A DNA stretch of 63,999 bases, filler included, from Basidiobolus ranarum (GCA_040143965.1; 8 parts of 8 records of this genome joined end to end with filler, not necessarily neighbours in it); one strand, 5' to 3'. Numbered from the whole stretch's first letter, positions 40,104-52,729 are shown. Translations and numbers: made by a program. Notes: generated from the letters alone by a model not told the origin.

Positions 40104-40203
40104 NNNNNNNNNNNNNNNNNNNNNNNNNNNNNNNNNNNNNNNNNNNNTTAATTAATTAANNNNNNNNNNNNNNNNNNNNNNNNNNNNNNNNNNNNNNNNN
40201 NNN
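40104..40203. other. Artificial contig linker
   Basis: Same spacer. Confidence 0.98.
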
Positions 40204-40439
40204 CTGCTTTTGTATGGGAAATTTGAAAGATCTCACAACTGTATTGATCGGTGATCATACTTGAAGTAACTCCGTAGATCTAGAGATTTTCGAATTTCCA
40301 TTTTATATTTTCGTTACCTCACCTGAACACACATTCTCTCGTTTCACTTAAATACGGAGGCCAAGTGCCCAATCTTTTGATTCCTATCTCAAGCTAATTC
40401 CCTATCCCATATACTTCCTTATTCTGTTCCCATTCAAGT

Positions 40440-41356
40440 ATGAGAAATCTTTTCCAACGTGTAAGCACGAATGAATCGGAAATCGAGTCGGAAAAACCGA
40501 TGCCCATGAACCCTACTAGTACCTCCATTCTCCTAAGAATTTTGCTCATTGTCTTGGTTGGTCTTGGCACGTTAATCGGCATTCTTGCTTTGGTGGCTAC
40601 TATTCCTGGTCTACGACTTCCGGCTAGTTTAGAAGATGCCAAGTATATTGTCCAGGTGTTAAAGGAATATACGCAAAATAACGAGGAGGGACAAACCAGA
40701 ACATTCCTGATCTTCACCTTACTTTACCTTTGGAAGCAAACCTTCTGCGTTCCTGGAACCATCCTACTTGTAAGTACACACTATCCTATTCTCCTTCTGT
40801 AGACAGTTTTATAACCTTGACAATTCTCTAGAATTTAATTGCTGGTGCCTTGTATGGTATGACAACCATCCCTCTTCTCTGTTTCCTCACCGCTCTGGGT
40901 TCTACATTATGTTATTACATGTTTTACTTTGCGGGGTCTGATATCCTTGAACACTATATTCCCACCAGACTTGATAAGCTACGCACTCAAATCGACGAGA
41001 ATCGGCCTCGTATGTTCCTTTACCTGTTAACCATCCGACTTTTCCCATTCGCACCTTACTGGTTGATTAACATCGTTTCACCTTTCGTTGGTGTGCCGAT
41101 ATGGAGTTTCTTCATCACTTGTATGTTGGGTATTATTCCCTACAACTTTGTCACCATTGAGGCCGGGGAGATGTTATCCCAAGTTGAAACGGTATCAGAT
41201 ATCCTTAACCCTTGGTTTATGGTGAAGCTGCTTCTCATGTCCACAGTTCCATTCTTGTTCAGTTTCATTGGTAAACGTAAGAACAAAGAGGAAGACGTAG
41301 AGAATCCCGAATGGGATGAGGAGAAGGATGTAGAACCATTAATGTCAGAGATCTAA
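40440..41356 (+). CDS. TMEM41/SNARE-associated (VTT/DedA) membrane protein; intron 40770-40831
   Basis: YLWKQTFCVPGTILL|NLIAGALYG...TALGSTLCY...YLLTIRLFPFAPYWLINIVSP. Confidence 0.9.
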
Positions 41357-42347
41357 ACCACTCAAATCATATTCATTTAGTTATCTAACCATAATTAATC
41401 AATCGCTTGTTTAATTGTTCCGTCTTTGTGTACATTCTTGTAATTAGTAATCACTTTGTAGTTAGTTAGAATTGTCTTTCTATCCACATACCCCTTTCAT
41501 GTATTCCTCGATCTATTAGTCCATCATTGATATAAAAACGTTGTTGTGAAGAGGGTACACAGAGGTCGGCAGAATTGCTACTGCCTTTACGGTAATATTA
41601 CAAATGGAGTCAAACCAAACGGGCAAGTGAGATTGGTCTCACATGGCCGAATAATGAGTCAATTGTTGGCGTGTTTACCCATTGTTAAATGAATATATAG
41701 ATTGAAAGGCTATGGACCAAAAGGGACAGGTTAAATTTCATCATCACTGCGTCAATTCCTTACCAATGATAAATAATGGGTGAGTGCAGAAAAAGGTCGA
41801 GTCATTGGCGGAAGGCGATGTAAATGAATTTTTTTCGTGGAATTATCGCTCGTTTGAATCAGAAAACTAAGTTTTCGGTCCGATTTAATTCCCCATGTAT
41901 CTGACCACCTGCTTTGGATGGATTTTCTTGATTTACCCAAATTGTCATTTATGTTACTTACATCATGGGCCTAAATCTGGCTGAGAGAGCCGCTCAATTA
42001 CTGAAAGTGGTTCTTGATGATTCTGCCTATTTGTGGAATCCAACCGAGATGCTTATCTTACGCCTTGAAATTCCACTTTTCTCATGTGCCCAAATGGGTC
42101 TTCCAAAATGGCGTGTTTACTGATGATAACGTAGAGGGTGGTTTTCAAATTAGACGTGGGTTGACTTTTATTTTACATAACATCCAAGTGCTTGTATCAG
42201 CGATAAAGATTGAATTCAACTTGATTCACCACTCAATTAAACGTGTTTATGTTGGAAATGGATGTCCATACAGGTTTGGTATATTTCCATCTCATCTCAT
42301 CTCATCGCATCTCATTGAATGGTAATGGCTTTCTCATATTTAGCGTG

Positions 42348-45300
42348 CTATGCGATGAGATCGTCCAATTTGACTACTGGTGGTAATTCCTCGGTTGGCT
42401 GTGGAGGATCATTAGGCTTTGCAAATTCTTTACCAAATTTCTTCTTGATTTGATTGCTATTTTGGGTAACCACTGTTTGACACGTTGGGCATAATTGGAG
42501 TCCTCTAGATTTGAGCAATGCACATTGATCTAGTTTCAATCCTAGCCCAGCTGAGCTTCCAGATTTGATCGCATCAGAGGCTGGTAACTCTCCATCAAAT
42601 AAACACGATTCGTGGTAGGCGTGTCCGCAGAAAAATACAATGGTGGAGCCAGGATGCACTGATAATATTGGTCTGGTTAATATCCTCCAATAACTAATGT
42701 CAGGTTTAGTGGGAACTTACCTAGGAGAAAGATTGGCTCTTGACATGTAGAACATATCATATCATCTTGGATTTTCAACCAGTTAGTACTAGAGTCAATT
42801 TGCTGATTTAAGGATCATTGATGTCAATTACCAGAACACGAGATGGCTCGTCTTTGAACCTTCTGTAGACGTTGACTAAGGTTCGAGGAGTCAGTGGTCA
42901 GTACTCGTTCACACCCTTGGCGCAATGAGAGCTAAATGTTATGTTAGTAAGGGTTGTGAGGACTGGGAATACAGTGGACATCGGCAATTGAATATGCTCG
43001 CTTACCTGGACATTATAGTCTTGAAGAATTTTGATCAATAATTCTTTGAGACCAGGAATTTCCATGCCTTCAGGTATAGTGCGGATCAGTCTAACTGGGT
43101 CAATCTGTGCTCCAACATTCTCAAGAAGCCCTCGAATAAAGGCTAATGTAGTTGCTATGTTAAAATCAAATATATACAATCCAGAGGTCACAAGTAAACT
43201 AACCGGGCTTATCCATAGAGTACTTCAGTAAATCCTCCCATAATTCCTCATCATTTTGTTCCTTGGCAAATTCAATGGCCTACAGGTTCTTTGTTAGTTT
43301 TGTAAATGAAGAGCATTGCCTCTCACAGCTCACTTACTCGATTAACATCTCCCAATCGCTTGATAATGAGCATTAGTGCTTTGTGATTATTTCCAATTCT
43401 ACCAAGGATAAACACCATCTCAGGAACAAGATCTCTTTGCTCGCATACAGCATAAGCCTATATAGGAAGTTAGAAATTCAATTTGATAGCAATTTCATGA
43501 AGTTAATGCTCAAGGAACCTTCTCAAGTGAATAGTAGTTGCTTGCTTTCAAGAAATCCATCAAACGAGGATAATCATATTCAGCATAGAGTTCCACCTAA
43601 GAGCAAGAGTCAGGTTATTGGTGTATACGTTACTAAAAAAAATGACATATATCAATACTTGTAAATCGTGGAACTCATATGCTAAATGAGCGTCTTTATC
43701 GAAAATCGCATCCAAATAGATATGCAGATATTTGGGATGTCTAGTGAGTTGCTGTACAACACGTTGAATCTATGGGGGAAGGGTCAGCAAATGCTCAGGA
43801 ACAATAAAAAAGATTTAAAGCTCGTTTTATGTTACATACCGGAATTGAGTGTACATGTTCAACAAGCATTTGTACAGCTGGACCCTTAGTTGCTCTTTTA
43901 GTGCTACTTTCGTCCAATCCACTTTTACCAGCGACCTCAAGTTCCTCTTGCTCCAGTAAATATTGATCAAAATCCATCAATAGAACTACTTTGTCCTGGA
44001 CAGAAGAGAATAGATTATTGGCCTTGATAAGTTCAAAAACGTCTGGCCGTCTTAGTCGTAAGTAGTATTCAAGTGCCTTGTCGAGTTGTCGGTTGGAGTT
44101 ATACCTAAGCAATGACGATGAAAATTCGTTAGATTGAGAGATGTATAAGAAACAAATAAATTAACTAACAATTCTGCCAGAGCATCCATTAAAACAGTGT
44201 TGTTTCCCTCTTTAGATAGAGCATCTTCAACTGCTACTATCACATTTTGTATATCGTACAGAGAAGATGGCCAGGTCTTAATGGTTTGGTTGAATAACTA
44301 GTAGAGGAGATTATCTTAGCATTGAGAGCCGAGGCCAAATAATTACATATCACTGAAAATATACCTCATGATCCGTGTTCAAGAAATAAGCCAATATCAT
44401 TTCATAGACAGTGCTGCTCAGTTGAGGATCCTCGGTAGGGACATAGGGACTGATAGCCTGTTTATATGCAAAAGATTGCATTAAGTATTGAATCTACGAC
44501 CTTTTATGATCAAAAAATAAATTACCTTAAGTTCTTTAACTTCAGCAAAACTGAACACCCATTTCTCCCACAGTTTGGGATCTTTTTTAAGCACTTTAGG
44601 ACATGTGGAAGCAGCTCTCTCGTAGTCACCTAGAAAAAATCATTAATAACTTTGCACAATCAGCGGTTTTCAGGTAACAAATAGAGAAATGAGTACCATC
44701 TTCCATTAAGAAATGGATGTATGTTTGTCCAATTTCAGTGGAATCATAGTTCTTGATTTCTCCGCTTTGTCTCTCTTCAGCTCCTTGTACAGCTTCTAGA
44801 GCTTCCTCGTACATTTGTCTCTCCAACAGCCAGGTCACATGGTCTTCTAGGTCACGGAGTTTAGCAACCACAATATCCTTAGGACTGGCCACATAGAAAA
44901 GATCTTCGGAGGGGAAAAAGTCTAGATACAATTGATACTAGTTAAACCTTGAACAAAACAGTAAGCCGTCGCATCATCACATACCTAATATATAATCGTT
45001 TGGTTGGTAATGCTCATAGCCAACCATCGAAAGCACATCACTAGAGACTTCTTCATTGTCGGAATTAATTAAACGTAATTCAGGTGGCGAAGCTATCTAT
45101 AAGGTCACATAAAGAATGAGCATTAGGTAGTAGTAGGTAAATGCCTCTCTCTGATTGAAACATACCTTTCTTTTGTGCTGCTCTACATCGACATCATCCT
45201 CTTTATGTTGGATGTTATCTGAAGCATACGTCAATAACAACAACATATCCGCAAATGGAGCAATTCCAGCAACTATGAAATCAGTACGAAACCTTGATTG

Positions 45301-46464
45301 AAACTTTAGCGTAAGATCAATCGTAAATCAGACAAGTATCTTGGAAATTTACATGGATATGATTTCTACATAGAGATTAGGTGTTCCTGGAGCTACCTCA
45401 CTTTTACTTTTCTCCTTAACCACTGCTACTTTAACGCTATCTGCCCATCCGATAAGTAATATTTTGTCCGTTTTCCAACATAAATGACAACGATAGAGAT
45501 CAGCGCGTGGACTTTGCGCTGGTCGATCGATATAAGTGATACGTTGATTCGATATTGTGTCATAGATTTTGACGCCCTTATATGCAACTCATTAGAATAT
45601 ACTACAATTATCTAAATGGTAAATATGTAATTACAGTATCATTAGCCCAAGCAATCAGATCTCCTCGCCACTCTAACGCATAGATTGGACCTTCGCCACC
45701 ATGAAGGATTGTATCTTTATGTCCTAACCAGCCTATTTCGAAGTACAACAAATCATTCGAATCGAATCATATATCGCCAATAGTGTGTAGTCTTTTCAAA
45801 CCTTTTTGGTTCATTATCAGTTGTCCAGCCATTCCACCCGATACAAATTGACGAGTGCTTTTCTTACTGAATTCAGGATCAAGAGCAATACATTTCACTG
45901 GACGCATATAATTGAATGAAAAGATCTCATCGTTGTATAAGCCAGTGATTAAAACTTTGCCTGTAATGCCGAATGTTGAGTACTAAGCTTGGTATTTATA
46001 TGACCAATATGTTATCGATACTTACCATCATCTGAAGCAGTAGCTACGTACTCCTCATGGTCATCAATACTTAAGCTATTAATTGTGGCACCATGTGGAC
46101 GGAATTTTTTTACTTCGTTGCCATTAAAATCCATGATATGTACCATACCCCAATGAGTGCCTAAAACCTGAAGTAGAATAGTTTTGTTTTTCAAGGTTAA
46201 AAAGCGACCGAGTTTAATGAAATATAAATAAAGGTGTCTTGCCATGAATCTTTCCGAGATTTTCATGATGCTTACAGTATCTTTGGTGAAAATCTCGGAT
46301 ACATCGGCACCAACTCGTTGATATTTCAATTTTGGTTCCTCATCGTCATCATACTCCTCACTATACTCAGAAGAGTACTCTCCACTGACATAAGATGCAT
46401 TCTCTGAAACCTCTTCCTCTTCTTCTTCTCTAGTGGTATCCAGTTCATTTTCTGAAGTACTCAT
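42348..46464 (-). CDS. VPS41: HOPS subunit Vps41; multi-exon
   Basis: EEPKLKYQRV, LGTHWG, ATASDDGK, IAWAND, PRADLYRCHL, VASPKDIVVA..RDLEDHVTWLL, clathrin-type repeat (EMVFILGRIG, LWEDL), and C-terminal RING-H2 (FFCGHAYHESC..CPTC). Confidence 0.95.
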
Positions 46465-48118
46465 ATTTGGAATATTTTAACCTTTAGTATCAATACCAAG
46501 GTGGCTGTTAAATGTATAAATGTACCAAATGTGAGGCACTTCAGAAAATTGTTAATTTGATTTCTCTGGTTCAGGGATGATGATAAATTAAATCCCATGA
46601 CGTCGGCAGATCGAAAAAATCATATTTAGACCATCTTACCAACTATGTTTGGATGTCGCATAAATTTAACATTGATTTAGGCCTAACTGCTGAATGCATT
46701 CATGAGACCCTAAACTGTTTCCCTCTAGAGCTACAGTACCAATGGGCTTTCTATAACTATTTGATAGTAGAGTATTTACTTGGAATAAAGTGCACATTTG
46801 TTTTCAATTACAGCATTAGCCCCAAACCTTTCTACTTGCAAGATTTGACCACAAAAGAAAGTGAGTGATGTAACCATAAAAAGGTACCATAGAAATCCAC
46901 ATGATAATGCAACTTATTTCTTCATACTCGTGGCTTTGAAGCACTAATATCTCCAAGAATGAATCCAAGGCTGTTTAACTCCAAAATGCTGCTAGGGGAT
47001 GTATGATGTTTACCTAGAATTGATGCTAGCATCATTAACAAGGCTTCCAACAAATTTGATCAAACTAGCAACGGAGTACCCAGGGCATGCAAAATGGTAG
47101 TCTCCAGGGTGCTAATGAAGTCAGGATATTCCTGAACACAACTTGAAATTACAGAAACATATTACCTAAACAGCCTTTGGATAGTTGCTTACCTGTGAGC
47201 AATAACGCCCGATACGTTAGTATTTCCTATGGGGATGATTAACTTCCTGGGGTTCTGAGAAGCTTGTACCAATTCATACGGTGATAGTGGTGTACGCATG
47301 GAAACCACTTGTCCTACATCAACATGGTAGATTAACAAATGGAGTGTATCCTAGCTTCTCTCAACCACGATAATACTCCAGTCTGTCAATTCAATTGTGT
47401 CAGGTACTACATGTTGGATAAAGTAACCAACGGATCAGAGCCATTGGCCCCACTATTGCGAGCTGGGGATTGGTGAAGCTTCACACTATTGGGAATAACA
47501 TCATTGGAGTACCGCGATGATCCATTAGTTGCTGATTGACATTTGTTGACTGACTAATTAGTTATTCGCTCTTATTTGGTAATGTAATATAACATGCGCA
47601 TAACCGAGTGTTATTTCGTGTGACCAAAAATATTGATCAGTAGCTCTGCCGCAGCAAGGCATTAGAAGATTCACTTTTATCTCATCCAGCAGTCACGCTC
47701 ATTGATGCTGATCCCGGCCATACTCCAGATCACAGAGCAAACAAGATTCTATGGCTAAAGATAATTTGAGGAGTATGTTGCTGTATATTGTTTGGGAACG
47801 TAAGCTTGTTTTCCAGCTGTAGTCCTGATTGCTAACTCATATTCTCAGCTCGGCTTATAGAGCATCAACATTCCCTTGGCCTTAGATGATGCTGGTTGAT
47901 GTTAGCTACTATTATGTAATGCGCATAGATTTTATTAGCTCTCATCAAAACCCGAATGAAGCAGGCGAAGTCAAAGCCGTGATTAGTTGATCCAAATTCA
48001 ATCACAGAACATCTCTAGTACTCGTGAGGAGCGGGACAGAGAGAAATCTACTACAGTAGCGTAGGTGGGACCAAGGTTACATAAACTGGTTTCTTCCAGT
48101 ATACAGAGATAGCATGGA

Positions 48119-48218
48119 NNNNNNNNNNNNNNNNNNNNNNNNNNNNNNNNNNNNNNNNNNNNTTAATTAATTAANNNNNNNNNNNNNNNNNNNNNNNNNN
48201 NNNNNNNNNNNNNNNNNN
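48119..48218. other. Artificial contig linker
   Basis: Same spacer. Confidence 0.98.
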
Positions 48219-48649
48219 TAATACAGACATGAGGTTACAAGCTTGTAAAAGTGAATGTTATATTTTCATTAACTATCTGTTGAATAATGGAATTTTACAA
48301 TAGCGCTTTCCAATTTAGCTTAATGAAAGTAAAAGTTTGTCAAACCAAATTGAGTTGCTTATACCTATAGAGCTTTTAGTAAGCTTAAGCTCATAAACCA
48401 GGAGTGAATGGCTAATCCTGAGTATCCCTATTTTAAAAGATTATCTTGTCCAAATAAGTGAAGTTTACATTATAACCTTCCGCTCTAGCTTTATGAATTG
48501 AAAAATTTGTGAAAGAAGTTCGCCCGGTGTGATGTACGTATATAACATCTATTAAGCTCACACCTACATACCATGGATGAATACCTAATCCGGAGTATTG
48601 CCATTAGAAAATTTCTTACCATTGATTCAACAAAATTAAATCTTGCCCA

Positions 48650-48656
48650 TATAAAA
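48650..48656 (+). promoter_or_regulatory. TATA box of peptide-precursor copy 1
   Basis: TATAAAA 77 bp before the ATG; same position in all five copies. Confidence 0.7.
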
Positions 48657-48726
48657 TGACCCACTATGGCCTTGTGTTCTGACAACTTCGCTTTGTATTT
48701 GGAACAATTCATCTACCATTCTAGTT

Positions 48727-49410
48727 ATGTATCTCCAAGTTACCCTCATCAACGTAATCTTGTTTGCCTCTCTCGCAAGTGCATCTGATACTAAACTAAG
48801 TACCTCTACTGAGAATTTTTCTCCGACTACAGCTACCACTCTCCCAGCAAGTGAGAACATAGTGCTGGGTACTGGTGCTGGTGTCTTCATTCCCGACTTC
48901 TTATTGGATGAGAATATCGAACTCACTCCTGAAGAATCACAGTTGCGTAGTGTTAACCTTAGGAAAATATTGGCTCGTTTGTCCGAATTCACTACTGGTA
49001 GGAAAGGGAAATTCGGACGATCAAAATTCGATAAAACCGATGAAGTTATGACAACGATAACTCCTGAAACTGGTGGTCAAAATACGAATATTTTAATTAG
49101 CTCTGCCAGTGCCATCGCTCCTGATTCAGACAATGTGGGGGACACCGATAGTGGTGACAATGCTGTTGAAGAAGGAAATACGGATTTGGATACTTCTCCT
49201 GAAGAGACTGAGTTGCGACGTGGAGGGCGTGGTGGCCGCGGAGGTCGAGGTGGGCGTGGACGTGGTCGATTTGGCAGAGGTGGAAGATTCGGTCGTTTTG
49301 GTGGTCGCAGATTTGGTAGATTTGGTAGGTTTGGTAGATTCGGGAGATTTGGCGGCTGGGAATCTGGATGGAACGATAACTGCGGTGGAGATGACTGTGG
49401 AGATTGCTAA
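48727..49410 (+). CDS. Secreted Gly/Arg/Phe-rich peptide precursor, copy 1 (227 aa)
   Basis: Signal peptide MYLQVTLINVILFASLASA, acidic pro-region, SPEETELRR, then the 62-aa GGRGGR...FGRFGRFGGWESGWNDNCGGDDCGDC*. Confidence 0.9.
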   Translation: MYLQVTLINVILFASLASASDTKLSTSTENFSPTTATTLPASENIVLGTGAGVFIPDFLLDENIELTPEESQLRSVNLRKILARLSEFTTGRKGKFGRSKFDKTDEVMTTITPETGGQNTNILISSASAIAPDSDNVGDTDSGDNAVEEGNTDLDTSPEETELRRGGRGGRGGRGGRGRGRFGRGGRFGRFGGRRFGRFGRFGRFGRFGGWESGWNDNCGGDDCGDC

Positions 49411-49916
49411 GGAATTTGATTTTAAAAAAAGAAAAATATCTCACAAATCTGTTTATTTTTGTAACTGCAACTTGTTTACAAATCTTTGGCACAATTAATA
49501 AATTGCAAATTCAATCAACCCAGTAACTCTTTACGGATATCTTTCATGCCAGTAAAGTAGGGAATAAATCCAATTCAACCAAAAATTAATGTTTTGATAG
49601 TGAATTTGCAAATAAGATCAGGACTTACAATATTTGAATTCAAACAGGTCCAATAAACGTTATCCATCAATGTTAATCACAATAATAGTTAATTTTATAG
49701 TAAACCTCGCTCTGAAACAAGAGTTTCTATTTAATATAATATTTTCTCATGTGATAAAATTACTAGATTTAGTATACTACATACGCACTCTATTTTCCAT
49801 CTCTTCTGAGCAATTGTATGTAATAGCCACACAGTTGTATCTTGATTCAATTCTTAAGCCGGAGTACTATCAAGAATTCTTTGAACTATTAATGTAATAA
49901 AGCCAAACTTTGCGCG

Positions 49917-49923
49917 TATAAAA
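49917..49923 (+). promoter_or_regulatory. TATA box of copy 2
   Basis: TATAAAA 76 bp before ATG 49993. Confidence 0.65.
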
Positions 49924-49992
49924 CAACCGGTAATGTACCTATTTTATGACAGCCTCGCATTGCTTTTCAACGGCCACTCAACCATTCCAAAT

Positions 49993-50664
49993 ATGTATCC
50001 TCAAATTATCTTTATCAGTACTATTTTGTTTGCCTCTTTCACTAATGCATCTGATACGAAGCTAAGTACACCCGCTGAGGATGCTCCTTTATCCACTGCA
50101 TTCACCTTGCCAGCAAATGAGAACATGATGTTAGACACTGGATTCGGCTTTTTCATTCCAGAATTCATGTTGAATGAAGTGGCCACACTCACTCCCGAAG
50201 AATCTCATTTGCGCCGTATCAACCTTAGAAAAATATTTGTTCGCTTGTCCAAGGCCTCTCCGGTTAAACATGCAATTAGAACACTTCCTGAAACTAGCGG
50301 CCAAGATACAAATACTCCTATCATTTCTGACAGCGTTACCGTACCTGACTCAGACAAAGTTGAAGACACGGATGTTGACTACAATACAGATGATGAAGGA
50401 AATACGAATTTGGGTACTTCTCCGGAAGAAACTGAGTTGCGACGTGGAGGACGCGGTGGTCGCAGAGGTCGAGGTGGACGCGGACGTGGGGGTAGAGGAG
50501 GTCGAGGACATGGTCGCTTTGGTCGTGGCCGATTTGGAAGAAGCGGAAGGTTTGGGCGTTTTGGTGGTCGCAGATTTGGTAGGTTTGGTAGATTCGGGAT
50601 ATTTAGCGGCTGGGGATTTGATTGGAATGATGACTGCAGTGGAGATGACTGTGGAGATTGTTAG
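49993..50664 (+). CDS. Secreted Gly/Arg/Phe-rich peptide precursor, copy 2
   Basis: Homologous start MYPQIIFISTILFASFTNA (ATG 49993, not 49933); LTPEESHLRR; SPEETELRR; ends GWGFDWNDDCSGDDCGDC*. Confidence 0.9.
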   Translation: MYPQIIFISTILFASFTNASDTKLSTPAEDAPLSTAFTLPANENMMLDTGFGFFIPEFMLNEVATLTPEESHLRRINLRKIFVRLSKASPVKHAIRTLPETSGQDTNTPIISDSVTVPDSDKVEDTDVDYNTDDEGNTNLGTSPEETELRRGGRGGRRGRGGRGRGGRGGRGHGRFGRGRFGRSGRFGRFGGRRFGRFGRFGIFSGWGFDWNDDCSGDDCGDC

Positions 50665-51501
50665 TCAATTTGAATTCTCACCTTGAGCACCCTTAATGAC
50701 TTTAAAGATCAGTTTATACCACACTTTCACTCTTCCTCTCAACCAATTCAATAAAAAAGGTTTATATAGAACACAATCTGATCATTAGAAAGTTCTACTA
50801 GTAATAGGCAGTTCGGTTTGCAGATGAAACTATAATAGTCACTAGACGCCAATCGTGTATTATAGAAGTAGGAAAGAATTCGGTAATAATGATAATAAAT
50901 CCCGATATTAGTATCGACTTGTTTGCTTTGACTTCGGTAGATTCTGACATTTGTCCAATTTAGCGGCGGTTAATAAATCTATAGTTAAACTAACTTGGTA
51001 TCTCAACATTAGAATTTCTTCGTTAGTAATAAAAGTCATGATATCTGTGAATGAAGTGTTGCCTCAATATAATATCTTGATAATACCTCACATGGAGGAT
51101 TTGCTCAAAGTAGTAACTGCTGCTAAATTACCAAATTTTACCAGCGTGCAAAAATCTATAATTCAATTTACTCGTTGTTTTTTTACTATCAAAAGCAGTC
51201 ATACTTTTAATACATTAAGCGCGAAGTTCACTATGTTAAATACACATTCAACCCACAGTCTTAGTGATAGTTAATGTTAGGGATATAGTGATTTGGAACT
51301 TGAAGACAGATAATTACCAGTTTGAAAATGATAACAATATATTCCTCGGGTTTAGCCCCGTTAATGCAAAGAACCATCTAATAGTTTGGTAGTTGTATAA
51401 CATGTATTAACCTCACTCATATATTTAGGATGAATACTTGGTACTGATCATTACGATTGGAAATCTCTTCCTGTTGATATAAGAAAGTTACATCTTGCAC
51501 A

Positions 51502-51508
51502 TATAAAA
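51502..51508 (+). promoter_or_regulatory. TATA box of copy 3
   Basis: TATAAAA 76 bp before ATG 51578. Confidence 0.7.
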
Positions 51509-51577
51509 TGACTTGATATGTCGTTATTCTCTGACAGATTCGATTATCATTTCAACAAGTCATCTAGCGTTCCAAAG

Positions 51578-52276
51578 ATGCATCTCCAAATCACTTTTAG
51601 CAATGCCCTCATGTTTGCCTCTCTCGCTTATGCGTCTGGTACCAGGCCAAGTTTACCTGCTGAGAATGCTGCTCTAACCACATCTGTGACCATCCCAGCA
51701 AGTGATAACATGATATTCGAGACTGGCACCGACTACTTCATCCCTGATTTCATGTTAGATAAAGAGATCGCGCTCACTCCCGAAGAATCCCAATTGCGTC
51801 GTGTCAACCTTGGAAAAATATTTGCTCGCTTATCCAGGTCTTCTCCTGATAAGATAAGGAAACTGAGTCCATTCAAGTACCAAGAAACTGGTACACTCAT
51901 GCCGAGTATGATTCCTGATACTGGTGTGCAAAATCTAAATACTCAAGTCACCTCTGACAGCATTGCTGCACCTGATTCGGACAGAGTTGAGGACACGGAT
52001 GTTGACTACAGTGCAGATGGTGAAGGAAGCACGGATTTAGACACCTCTCCTGAAGAAACCGAGCTGCGACGTGGAGGGCGCGGTGGCCACGGACGTGGGG
52101 GTCGAGGACGTGGTCGCTTTGGAAGAGGCCGAGGACGCTTTGGTCGTGGCCGATTTGGCAGAGGTGGAAGATTCGGTCGTTTTGGTGGTCGCAGATTTGG
52201 TAGGTTTGGCAGGTTCAGCGGCTGGGGATCCGGATGGAATGATGACTGCGGTGGAGATGACTGTGGAGATTGTTAA
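51578..52276 (+). CDS. Secreted Gly/Arg/Phe-rich peptide precursor, copy 3
   Basis: MHLQITFSNALMFASLAYA; LTPEESQLRR; SPEETELRR; ends GWGSGWNDDCGGDDCGDC*. Confidence 0.9.
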   Translation: MHLQITFSNALMFASLAYASGTRPSLPAENAALTTSVTIPASDNMIFETGTDYFIPDFMLDKEIALTPEESQLRRVNLGKIFARLSRSSPDKIRKLSPFKYQETGTLMPSMIPDTGVQNLNTQVTSDSIAAPDSDRVEDTDVDYSADGEGSTDLDTSPEETELRRGGRGGHGRGGRGRGRFGRGRGRFGRGRFGRGGRFGRFGGRRFGRFGRFSGWGSGWNDDCGGDDCGDC

Positions 52277-52633
52277 TTAATTTGAGTTCAAAAATAAAGC
52301 ATTCTTAATGACTCTAAAAAAATCAGCATACACCACACGTGCACCCTATATTTCTCTCTTCCTCTCGATTAATTCAATAAAAAATGTTCTAAAGTATCAT
52401 TCAGAAGTTATACTAACGGCCGACACTTTGCTTTGCAGATACAACCACAATAGTGACTATGTTTACGATTCATTAAACGTTTAATAGATCTTGATAGTAG
52501 ATTTGTAGATCAGAGCAGGATTTACAATAACTTAATTTAGACGTCTCCAACAAATATGATCATCAAAATTAATCACAGTTATAGGCAATTCTGGTAATCC
52601 TCACTCTGAGGATGCGGGGGTCGGACCGCTTTG

Positions 52634-52729
52634 TTCGGCAGAGGTGAAAAATCCAAGTTTGGTAGATTCGGAAAATTCGGTGATTGGGAATCCGGATGGC
52701 ATGATGATTGTAGTGGATGAGATTGCTAG
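52634..52729 (+). pseudogene. Decayed remnant of a further precursor copy (C-terminal peptide)
   Basis: Translates FGRGEKSKFGRFGKFGDWESGWHDDCSG*DC*; no signal or pro-region upstream. Confidence 0.85.

Noticed and set aside
46650-48118. Possible decayed spliced gene upstream of VPS41
   Set aside because: Splice-like signals are present, but no recognisable protein motif.
49222-49356. Nucleolar GAR/RGG RNA-binding protein (fibrillarin/Gar1/nucleolin-like) as the identity of the array genes
   Set aside because: There is no RRM, methyltransferase or Gar1 domain, and all copies have a signal peptide and a dibasic site right before the repeat.
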